Below, one piece after another: positions 19,053 through 26,941 of a DNA stretch of 26,941 nucleotides. The DNA comes from Oculatellaceae cyanobacterium bins.114 (GTDB taxonomy: Bacteria; Cyanobacteriota; Cyanobacteriia; Elainellales; Elainellaceae), in the NCBI GenBank assembly GCA_033764315.1, contig JANRJA010000095.1, positions 1 to 26,941 on the forward strand, in the 5' to 3' direction. A program made the translations under genes and the position numbers. Under the pieces are notes generated by a model. The model saw nothing but the letters and a program-made list of their open reading frames with translations. It was not told the DNA's origin and searched no databases. Numbering within the stretch: the first letter of the stretch is position 1; each line of letters starts with the position of its first letter.

Positions 19053-19328
19053 ATGAGTTGTCAACATCTTGATAATTTGACCCTAGAAAATTTAATTTCT
19101 AAAGCCAACTATCCTGTCTTTCGCTGCGAAGAATGCATGAAAATTAATGGTCGCTGGGTACATCTTCGCATCTGTCAAACCTGCGGCAGCATGTTATGTT
19201 GCGACTCGTCTGAAAACCAACATGCCCGTCACCATGCCGCCGAAACAGGGCATCCGGTGATTAGCTCAGCCGAGTTGGGCGAACAGTGGTTGTGGTGTTT
19301 TGTAGACGAGCAAGGCAAGAACTACTAG
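19053..19328 (+). CDS. UBP-type zinc finger protein (stand-alone)
   Basis: CQHL, CEEC, WVHLRICQTCG, CCDSS, HARHH and WLWCFVDE. ATG 19053 is preferred to GTG 19023. Confidence 0.9.
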   Translation: MSCQHLDNLTLENLISKANYPVFRCEECMKINGRWVHLRICQTCGSMLCCDSSENQHARHHAAETGHPVISSAELGEQWLWCFVDEQGKNY

Positions 19329-19344
19329 AGCGATCGCCCCTAGT

Positions 19345-19499
19345 TAACCTGAGTTTGGGACAAGGATTTTGGCGGTTGAAACCGCTGACTTCGGCGATGC
19401 TCAGACGTTCGGCGATGCTCAGTCAAGCCGTCGAGCCGCGGATTTCGCTCTGGTAGCCGCAAACTGATTCGCTGGGCTGCTTAAACCGAACTGACGCTA
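19345..19499. mobile_element. Putative 155-bp MITE-like element with nested small repeats
   Basis: Imperfect terminal inverted repeats (13/20) TAACCTGAGTTTGGGACAAG and CTTAAACCGAACTGACGCTA, both ending in TA. Internal hairpin GCGGTT-ga-AACCGC (19372..19385) and direct repeat TTCGGCGATGCTCAG at 19390 and 19408. Confidence 0.45.
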
Positions 19500-19574
19500 G
19501 CTAAGTTGGGTCAGCGTCGTGTGACCCGCGATCTAGACTGATGTCGCGTCTCACATTGACTAAACATTAAACAT

Positions 19575-21395
19575 CTAATCTGACGTAACGGCTTCTTGCT
19601 TGGCCTGCTCACTCGGCAAAGTGCCATTAAAATAGGCTTCCATCACTTGCCTAACAATCGGGGCAGCGACCTTACCACCACCACCGCCACTATTTTCAGC
19701 AAACGCCACAATCACAATCTCAGGATTGCTGGTCGGACCATAGGCACCAAACCAGGCATGGGAAGGACGAGGTGGATCTTCAGCGGTGCCGCTCTTGCCA
19801 GAAGGTTCAGGCAAATTTGGAGAATTCATAGCTTTACCCGTACCGCTCGTGATCACTTGGCGCAGTCCTCGCCTCAAGATGTCAAGTGTCTCAGGGCTGA
19901 TGTTAAGTGACTCGCGCCAGTTTTGGGCTTCTTCATTGTCTCGCAACAAGTGAGGTCTCACTAGATAACCCCCATTCGCTGCCACAGCGAACATCACCGC
20001 GACTTGTAACGGGGTTGCCTGCATGTAACCCTGACCAATCGACATATTGACCGTATCTCCGACATACCAGGGTTCGTCCAGGTTTTCTAACTTCCAGGCT
20101 TCATCAGGTACCAGTCCAGGAGATTCCTCGTCGGCAATCTCAATCCCCGTTTTTTGCCCAAAACCAAAGCGGCGAGTCCACTGAATCAGGTTTTCGCCCC
20201 CCATCCGCAGAGCCGTTTGATAAAAGAAAGTATCACTACTCCACGCCATTGCTCCTGGAAAGTTGAGTGGACCAAACCCAGCCCGGTTCCAATCCCAAAA
20301 CTGAATTCCTCCCACCTCAACAAAAGGATAGGTCGGTAGAACTGTATCCGGTGAAAATTTGCCGGACTCGATCGCCGCTGTAGTCGTCACAATCTTAAAG
20401 GTACTGGCAGGCGGATATCCCTGGAGTGCCCGATTGACAAAGGGATAATTGAGGCTCTGCAATTGTTGCCACTGTTCATCGGTGATGTGAGTTGAAAACA
20501 AGTTGGGGTCAAACGCCGGACGACTAACCATAGCCAGTACCGCCCCGTTGCGAGGATCGATCGCCACTACTGCTCCTTTGCGATCGCCCAGTGCAATTTC
20601 AGCCGCTCGTTGCAAATCGAGATCAATCGTTAAGTACACATCATGCCCAGCCCTGGCAGGCTTTTCACCCAATATCCGCAAGACCCGCCCCATGCCATCT
20701 ACTTCAACCTGTTGCCCACCCCACTCTCCTCTCAGTTGGGGTTCAAATGCTGCCTCTACACCCATTTGACCAATCACATCACCCAGGCGATAGCCCTGAT
20801 CGCGGTAACGCTCTAGATCTTCATCACTCATTTCTCCGGTGTAACCCAACACATGAGCCGCCAGATCCCCATTGGGATAGTTGCGGACGGCCTCGGCTTC
20901 AACCTGCACACCCTTGAGTTCTTGACTAAACTCTGCCAGTGCTGTCACCTGGGCAGGGCTAATACCACGAGCAATCCGCAACAGCGTGGGGGAAGTGTAA
21001 CCAGCTTGCTCTAAACGGCTCTGAATATCTTCTTGAGGAAGATTTAAAATTTTAGAAAGATGTTGAATAATTGGCTTCCAGTCCCGTTCTCGGTTAGCGA
21101 TGGGCCACAAAAAGACCGCATAAGAGAGCCGACTTCCCGCTAAAATTCTGCCTTCTCGGTCTAAAATTTTGCCCCGCTCAGGCTGCCGAGGAATCAAGCG
21201 AATTCGATTGTTATCTGCCAGTTGGCGGTTTTGTTCACCCTTGACCAACTGAAGATAAGCCAGCCGACTGCCAATGCCACCCCCCAATGTCAGTGTCACG
21301 ATTAACATGACGATCAAAGATTGGTATTTGCGCCCTACAGTGCGAGCGTTGGGTTGCTGTGCGATCGTCGGAGGAGAATAATGAATTAACGCCAT
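19575..21395 (-). CDS. mrdA: Penicillin-binding protein 2 (class B transpeptidase)
   Basis: N-terminal TM, RLAYLQL, PERGKILDREG, RNYPNG, SxxK (ASTFK), SxD (WSSDTFFY) and KSG (GKSGTAE). Confidence 0.95.
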   Translation of the reverse strand: MALIHYSPPTIAQQPNARTVGRKYQSLIVMLIVTLTLGGGIGSRLAYLQLVKGEQNRQLADNNRIRLIPRQPERGKILDREGRILAGSRLSYAVFLWPIANRERDWKPIIQHLSKILNLPQEDIQSRLEQAGYTSPTLLRIARGISPAQVTALAEFSQELKGVQVEAEAVRNYPNGDLAAHVLGYTGEMSDEDLERYRDQGYRLGDVIGQMGVEAAFEPQLRGEWGGQQVEVDGMGRVLRILGEKPARAGHDVYLTIDLDLQRAAEIALGDRKGAVVAIDPRNGAVLAMVSRPAFDPNLFSTHITDEQWQQLQSLNYPFVNRALQGYPPASTFKIVTTTAAIESGKFSPDTVLPTYPFVEVGGIQFWDWNRAGFGPLNFPGAMAWSSDTFFYQTALRMGGENLIQWTRRFGFGQKTGIEIADEESPGLVPDEAWKLENLDEPWYVGDTVNMSIGQGYMQATPLQVAVMFAVAANGGYLVRPHLLRDNEEAQNWRESLNISPETLDILRRGLRQVITSGTGKAMNSPNLPEPSGKSGTAEDPPRPSHAWFGAYGPTSNPEIVIVAFAENSGGGGGKVAAPIVRQVMEAYFNGTLPSEQAKQEAVTSD

Positions 21396-21624
21396 AGATG
21401 CTGTATAGCCAATCCTTGCGCGTGCTGAGACAAAATACCTACTTAGTCTACAGCCAGTTTTGGCTTTACGGACTGTAATGATCCCTGATCTTCATTACAC
21501 CCTTCAAGTTGAGTTATGCTAAAGGTCGAAAAATAACCTGTATCTTATTTGACGAAACGTTTCTAAGAACTGTCCAAAATGGTTAAATAGCACACAGCAC
21601 TGGGAACTGATTAGGAACTGCCCC

Positions 21625-22761
21625 ATGTCTCAGACCGTTACCCAAGACCGACTAACATCCGAGGTCGATATCAAAGTTGATGTCGAACTGCGAAAAGTAT
21701 TTAAGGTGTTCAATGGTGAGACAGCCGTCAGGGGCATTGATCTCACCATTCGCCAGGGTGAGTTTTTTAGCATTTTGGGTCCTTCAGGATGTGGTAAGAC
21801 CACCACTCTGCGCTTAATTGCTGGTTTTGAGGAACCGACAGCGGGTGAGGTGCTGATTCGAGGACAGTCGATGACTCATACTCCGCCCTATCGTCGCCCT
21901 GTCAACACGGTGTTTCAAAGTTATGCCCTGTTTAACCATATGACGGTTTGGGATAACGTCGCCTTTGGGTTACGAATTAAAAAGCTGAGTAAAGCCCAGA
22001 TTCAAGATCAAGTAAAAGAGGCGTTGCAACTGGTCAAAATGGAGTCCTTTGCCCGTCGCTTTCCGTCTCAGCTTTCGGGGGGGCAACAACAGCGGGTGGC
22101 ACTGGCACGGGCATTGGTGAACCGTCCAGCGGTGTTGTTGTTGGATGAGCCATTAGGTGCGCTGGATCTAAAGCTGCGGAAGGAAATGCAGGTCGAGTTG
22201 TCAAACTTGCACCAGGAATTAGGACTGACCTTTGTCATGGTGACGCATGACCAGGAAGAAGCCTTGAGTTTGTCTGACCGTATTGCTGTGATGAATGAGG
22301 GTCGGCTAGAACAGGTCGGTAGCCCCAGCGAAATCTACGATTTTCCTCAAACCCCATTTGTGGCAGATTTTATTGGCGATACCAATCTTTTTCAGGGAAG
22401 CATTGAAGCCGCTGATCCCTTCGATCCATCTACGCTCTACGTCACGACGACTCAAGGACTCAAGATTTTAGTGAAGAATACAGAGTTACTCGATGGCTCT
22501 GGGGTTCGGCAGGTCGTTGTGAGTGTTCGTCCAGAGAAAATTCATGTCAGTCTAGATCAGCCAAATCATGCGGTCAATTGTTTTGAGGGACGTTTGAAGC
22601 ACACGATGTATCTGGGTACTCATGTGCACTATATGGTTGAGCTGCCATCTGGCGATTGTTTGACTGTGATGCAACCCAATCGTCTGGAAAATCTACCTGA
22701 CCCCCACATGCAAATCTATGTGTATTGGGCCGCCGCAGACTGTTTAGCACTGACTGCATAG
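21625..22761 (+). CDS. potA: Spermidine/putrescine ABC transporter ATP-binding protein
   Basis: GPSGCGKTT, RPVNTVFQSYALF, LSGGQQQRVALARAL, DEPLGALDLKLRKEMQ and a C-terminal TOBE-like region. Confidence 0.93.
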   Translation: MSQTVTQDRLTSEVDIKVDVELRKVFKVFNGETAVRGIDLTIRQGEFFSILGPSGCGKTTTLRLIAGFEEPTAGEVLIRGQSMTHTPPYRRPVNTVFQSYALFNHMTVWDNVAFGLRIKKLSKAQIQDQVKEALQLVKMESFARRFPSQLSGGQQQRVALARALVNRPAVLLLDEPLGALDLKLRKEMQVELSNLHQELGLTFVMVTHDQEEALSLSDRIAVMNEGRLEQVGSPSEIYDFPQTPFVADFIGDTNLFQGSIEAADPFDPSTLYVTTTQGLKILVKNTELLDGSGVRQVVVSVRPEKIHVSLDQPNHAVNCFEGRLKHTMYLGTHVHYMVELPSGDCLTVMQPNRLENLPDPHMQIYVYWAAADCLALTA

Positions 22762-22998
22762 AATAACTGCGTCAACTATTTGCTTGCATTTCGATAGCAT
22801 GCAGTATCGCAGTCAACAACTCTGAGAGTGACATTGGCATACCATCACTGGAGGTTTAACTCCGGTGGTTTCCCGCAGCATGTTTTGGGTGCAAGAGTGA
22901 CGTGTTAGACCTCAACCCAATTTAGTCAGGTAGGGAGAGAATTTACCTTGCCCTGCATTTCTGTGTTGTTCTTTTGATGCAAGCTTTAGGAGAGAGTA

Positions 22999-24198
22999 AT
23001 GCCTTCGGTCAATCCACAAAAATCTCGGTTGTCTTTTGGGCGATCGCCCCGTAGTGGGAACGGCTTCACATCACCCCAATGGTCTGCCAGCAGACGACGG
23101 TTTTTGCAGTTATCAACGGCGGCTTTATCAGGAACCGTTTTGGCAAACTGTACTCGTAACATTGCCGATCCAGGTGCTTCCTCATCAGCTAGCCCCACCT
23201 CTAGCACATCAGGTAGCCCTGCGGGAGATGGCACCCTGCATGTCTACTCGTGGTCGAGTTACATTGATGAAGCCCTATTAAAAGACTTTGAGAGCAAAAC
23301 AGGCATTAAGGTCGTCGCTGACATCTATGACTCTAACGAAACCATGTTGGCAAAGATGCAGGCGGGTGGAGGCAGTGCTTATAGTATTCTCTATCCCTCT
23401 GATTACATGGTGGAGCAGATGATTGAGTTAGATCTGCTGACCGAGTTAGACAAAGCTCAGTTACCCAGCACTGACATGTTGATTGAGCAGTGGCAAAGCC
23501 CACCCTATGACCCAAACAACCAGTTTAGTTATCCCGTTGCTTGGGGGACGACTGGGTTGGTTTACAACTCTGAGATTCTCAATCCTGGCCCTGAAGACTG
23601 GGATTACCTGTGGGAACAGTCAGAGCAAATTTCTCGTAAGATGACGCTGTTAAACGATGTACGAGAAGTCTTTGGGGCGGTGCTAAAGTCGTTGGGCTAT
23701 TCTAACAGCACCACCGACGAATCTGAAATTCAAGCGGCTTACGAAAAATTGACAACCTTGAAACCTGCCATCAACTCTTTTACGACTGATGCCTGGCGTG
23801 ACCAACTGGTTGTGGGTGATTTAGTGCTAGCACACGCTTATTCTGTGGATGCGATCGACGCAATGAGCGCAAATGATAAACTCAAGTACGTGGTGCCTGC
23901 CAGTGGTGCGACAATTTGGGGAGATACGATGGTGATTCCCAAGTCGGCTCCTAATGTGGAAGCCGCCTATGCCTGGATGAACTATATTTTGAACCCCGAA
24001 AGCTCAGTCCAAATTGTAGAACGACTCAAATTTGCTACGCCTAATAAGCAAGCCTTTGAGTCTTTGCCATCGGCCTTAAAAGAAGACCCCAGCCTGTTTC
24101 CACCCGATGCAACATTGGCAAAATGTGAACCTTTGAGCAATGTGGGTGATGCGATCGATTTGTACGATCGCCTCTGGACTCAGCTAACTAGTGCATAA
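22999..24198 (+). CDS. potD: Spermidine/putrescine-binding protein (predicted Tat lipoprotein)
   Basis: SRRRFLQ twin-arginine motif, VLANC lipobox, YSWSSYID, YDSNETMLAK, PSDYMV, WGTTGLVYN and IWGDTMVIPK. Confidence 0.92.
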   Translation: MPSVNPQKSRLSFGRSPRSGNGFTSPQWSASRRRFLQLSTAALSGTVLANCTRNIADPGASSSASPTSSTSGSPAGDGTLHVYSWSSYIDEALLKDFESKTGIKVVADIYDSNETMLAKMQAGGGSAYSILYPSDYMVEQMIELDLLTELDKAQLPSTDMLIEQWQSPPYDPNNQFSYPVAWGTTGLVYNSEILNPGPEDWDYLWEQSEQISRKMTLLNDVREVFGAVLKSLGYSNSTTDESEIQAAYEKLTTLKPAINSFTTDAWRDQLVVGDLVLAHAYSVDAIDAMSANDKLKYVVPASGATIWGDTMVIPKSAPNVEAAYAWMNYILNPESSVQIVERLKFATPNKQAFESLPSALKEDPSLFPPDATLAKCEPLSNVGDAIDLYDRLWTQLTSA

Positions 24199-24206
24199 CC
24201 CAATCT

Positions 24207-25124
24207 ATGTCTACCTCTGCCCCAACCACACCCCCCGCGATCGCTAGTGATTCCTCCGACTCAGTTTGGAGGCGTCGATTAGCGCGACTGATTGAACCAA
24301 CGGTGCTTTTAGGGCCATCGGGCATCTGGCTATTTTGCCTGTTGGTCATTCCCACTCTGTTGATTCTAGATATCAGCTTGCATCCTGACTTGCGCCCCGG
24401 TCAACCGATTGGCGATTATGGCATCGGAAATTACACCAAAGCCCTTGAGCCGGTCTATCTGTGGGTGATTGGGCGATCGGTATTGTTTGCGATCAACAGC
24501 ACCTTACTCTGTTTGTTGTTGGGGTTTCCGGTTGCCTATTGGATTGCCCTCATGGCACCTAAACGTTGGCAAAATCTCTTGCTGGTGGGTTTTGTGTTGC
24601 CACTGTGGACTTCATCACTGCTGCGGTCTTATGCCTGGATCACCATTTTGCGCCCCAGTGGGGTGCTCAACTCGTTTTTAACCACGATCCACTTGCCTAC
24701 GGTTGATTTGCTCAATCGGCAAGCGGCTGTGATGATTGGACTGGCTTACAACTTCTTGCCCTATATGGTGTTAATTCTCTACGCATCACTAGAGAAACTC
24801 GATAAACGCCTACTTGAAGCGGCATCTGATTTGGGTGCCAGTCCTCAACAAGCTTTTTGGAAAGTGACCGTGCCCCAAACCCTATCAGGCATTGCGGCTG
24901 GCTGTTTGCTGGTGTTTATTACCAGTTTGGGAGAATTTGTCGTACCAGAACTGTTAGGTGGAGCCTCTAGCATGACAATGGCGCGATTGGTTTATAACCA
25001 GTTTTTGGGCGCAACCCGCAACTGGGGGTTTGGTTCTAGTCTCAGCATGATTTTGATTTTGGCAGTCAGCATTTCAATTGCTCTGCTGATCAAATATGGC
25101 GACCAAAAGGCAGAGGATTTTTAG
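24207..25124 (+). CDS. potB: Polyamine ABC transporter permease
   Basis: LPLWTSSLLRSYAW, LPYMVLILYASLEKLD, LLEAASDLGA (EAA loop) and NWGFGS. Confidence 0.92.
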   Translation: MSTSAPTTPPAIASDSSDSVWRRRLARLIEPTVLLGPSGIWLFCLLVIPTLLILDISLHPDLRPGQPIGDYGIGNYTKALEPVYLWVIGRSVLFAINSTLLCLLLGFPVAYWIALMAPKRWQNLLLVGFVLPLWTSSLLRSYAWITILRPSGVLNSFLTTIHLPTVDLLNRQAAVMIGLAYNFLPYMVLILYASLEKLDKRLLEAASDLGASPQQAFWKVTVPQTLSGIAAGCLLVFITSLGEFVVPELLGGASSMTMARLVYNQFLGATRNWGFGSSLSMILILAVSISIALLIKYGDQKAEDF

Positions 25125-25266
25125 GGTTTGGTTAAGGGTCAAGGATGATCGGTATGGGGTGCTGTTAGTGTCAGCGTCATGCACCAAAAGTTAAGTCTCA
25201 GCTTGGGCACTGTTAAGCGTTAAGTGTCAACCGTCAATTGCTCGTTACACGTTAGCCTTATCTCTC

Positions 25267-26082
25267 ATGGACACAGCCAAATCCCGACAATTTCAAATTA
25301 GAGCAGACTGGCAGTTGATTGTGACACTGCTGATGTTCGTGTTTATGTATCTGCCCATTTTGGTACTGGCGTTTTATAGCTTCAATGACTCGCCGTTTAG
25401 TGCTGGGTGGAGTGGGTTTTCGCTGCGGTGGTATGAGCGTATGTTTGCTGACGCTCGAATTTTGTCAGCGTTGCAAGATAGCTTGACGATCGCTTTTTTG
25501 GCAGTTGGCATTTCAGCCATCTTAGGCACACTCATGGCAGTGGGGTTGGCACGCTATCAATTTCCAGGGAAAGGTTTATATCAGGGCATGTCTTATTTGC
25601 CGTTGATTATTCCAGATATTGCGATCGCCGTTGCGACGCTGGTGTTTTTGGCATCTGTCGCCATTCCCCTGAGCTTGTGGACGGTGGTTGCAGCACACAT
25701 TGTTTTTTGTCTAGCCTATATTGCGCTGGTGGTCTCGACACGATTGGCAAGCCTCAATCCTCATTTAGAGGAAGCCGCCCTTGATTTGGGCGCAAACCCC
25801 GTTCAGGCATTTATCAAAATTTTGTTGCCTGAGTTGATGCCTGCAATTATTTCTGGTTCCTTGTTGGCATTTGTGTTGAGTATGGATGATCTGCTCATTT
25901 CCAGCTTTACAGCAGGGGGTGGAGTCACTACCTTGCCAATGGAGATTTTTAGTCGCGTTCGCACCGGAGTTAAACCGGATATCAATGCCCTCAGTGTCAT
26001 TCTGATTTTGGGGTCAGGTGCTCTGGCATTTGTCGCCGAATATATTCGCTATCAGAGTGATAAAAAGAAGTTGAGCAATTAA
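25267..26082 (+). CDS. potC: Polyamine ABC transporter permease
   Basis: FMYLPILVLAFYSFN, GFSLRWY, LEEAALDLGA, SMDD and TLPMEIFSRVRTGVKPDINALS. Confidence 0.92.
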   Translation: MDTAKSRQFQIRADWQLIVTLLMFVFMYLPILVLAFYSFNDSPFSAGWSGFSLRWYERMFADARILSALQDSLTIAFLAVGISAILGTLMAVGLARYQFPGKGLYQGMSYLPLIIPDIAIAVATLVFLASVAIPLSLWTVVAAHIVFCLAYIALVVSTRLASLNPHLEEAALDLGANPVQAFIKILLPELMPAIISGSLLAFVLSMDDLLISSFTAGGGVTTLPMEIFSRVRTGVKPDINALSVILILGSGALAFVAEYIRYQSDKKKLSN

Positions 26083-26085
26083 GGA

Positions 26086-26940
26086 TTACGGATACCAAAT
26101 TTGTTCGATCGCTTCGGCTATCTCAATCGCTTTATGACGACTGGTTGTATCTAACAGAGTGGTAACATGCCCTAACTTACGACCCAGACGAGATTGGGCT
26201 TTACTATACCAGTGAACAAACGTGTTGGGCAATTGCGCCAGGCGGTGTCGTTGGTCGAGGTAAGAGCTTTCAGAGCTTTCATACCCCAGCAAATTGACCA
26301 TGACCGCTCCCTTGCAGCACATGGATGGGTTGCCCAGCGATAACCCACTGACAGCTCGCAGATGTTGCTCAAACTGAGACGTTTCACAGGCATCCAGGGT
26401 GAAGTGCCCAGAATTGTGGGTGCGGGGGGCAATTTCGTTGACTAGCACCTTGCCCTCTGGGGTGAGAAATAGTTCAATGCCAAAGATGCCGACGACTTGC
26501 AACTTTTCCATTAGAGTATGGGCGATCGCCTCTGCTTGTTGAGTCACGGTTGCGTCAAACCCAGTCACAAAGACGCGCCGACAGATCTGATTGACTTGCT
26601 GCGTCTCAACCACCGGATAAGTCACAATCTCGCCAGTGTGCGATCGCGCCACCATAATGGCCAGTTCTTTTTCAAAGGGCACAAATTCTTCGACTAAGAG
26701 CGATCGCCCCTGTAGGTGTTGCAATTTGGTTTGTAATTCTGCCGCTTCACGAATAATCCAGGTGCCCTGACCGTCATAACCGTGACGCCGAGCCTTTAAC
26801 ACCAATGGAAAGGTAGTGGAGACGCGATTAATCGCGTCTCCACCAGGATTAATCGCGTCTCCACCAGGATTAATCGCGTCTCCACCAGGATTAATCGCGT
26901 CTCCACCAGGATTAATCGCGTCTGCTATAGCCGCACATTG
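26086..26940 (-). CDS. purK: N5-carboxyaminoimidazole ribonucleotide synthase (5' partial, runs off the window)
   Basis: VLKARRHGYDGQG, VEEFVPFEKEL, NEIAPRTHNSGH, SQFEQHLRA and RKLGHVT. Manual translation shows the frame stays open from 26805 to the window end: ...QCAAIA(DAINPGG)x4DAINRVSTTFPLVLK. Confidence 0.96.
   Translation of the reverse strand, partial: QCAAIADAINPGGDAINPGGDAINPGGDAINPGGDAINRVSTTFPLVLKARRHGYDGQGTWIIREAAELQTKLQHLQGRSLLVEEFVPFEKELAIMVARSHTGEIVTYPVVETQQVNQICRRVFVTGFDATVTQQAEAIAHTLMEKLQVVGIFGIELFLTPEGKVLVNEIAPRTHNSGHFTLDACETSQFEQHLRAVSGLSLGNPSMCCKGAVMVNLLGYESSESSYLDQRHRLAQLPNTFVHWYSKAQSRLGRKLGHVTTLLDTTSRHKAIEIAEAIEQIWYP
26816..26923. repeat. 28-bp palindrome plus 21-bp tandem repeat (about 4.7 copies) inside purK
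   Basis: Perfect palindrome GTGGAGACGCGATT|AATCGCGTCTCCAC (26816..26843). Unit GATTAATCGCGTCTCCACCAG at 26826, 26847, 26868 and 26889, with a 14-bp partial copy at 26910. Confidence 0.97.
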
Positions 26941-26941
26941 G

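Noticed and set aside
26826-26923. 21-bp repeats as a CRISPR array, or as a frameshift making purK a pseudogene
   Set aside because: Head-to-tail with no spacers; the unit is a multiple of 3 and the purK frame stays open to the window end.

Overview
Chromosomal window (roughly 45-50% GC by eye) from a cyanobacterium. The HIP1 octamer GCGATCGC is dense throughout; a filamentous Leptolyngbya/Oculatella-like host is an inference. Left edge: the right end of an IS66-family element inserted into a HAMP-GGDEF diguanylate cyclase gene. Housekeeping and transport genes: pyrG, tpiA, mrdA (PBP2), a potA-potD-potB-potC polyamine ABC operon, a devBCA-type ABC exporter and a partial purK. Also present: a PGM1-like ATP-grasp ligase, a single-domain response regulator, DUF2294, a GST, an AraC/azoreductase/DUF1772 module and a zf-UBP protein. 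Most unusual: (i) an orphan secreted polyprotein (11413..11871), a signal peptide plus five identical 25-aa units whose DNA differs only at synonymous sites, a candidate multi-copy peptide precursor; (ii) a three-gene exported-protein cluster (predicted outer-membrane beta-barrel, small secreted Cys protein, DUF4114-like protein); (iii) a palindromic dispersed repeat that sits in frame inside purK and has expanded to (DAINPGG)x4; (iv) a structured leader upstream of the response regulator. No searches were run: family names come from motif recognition.
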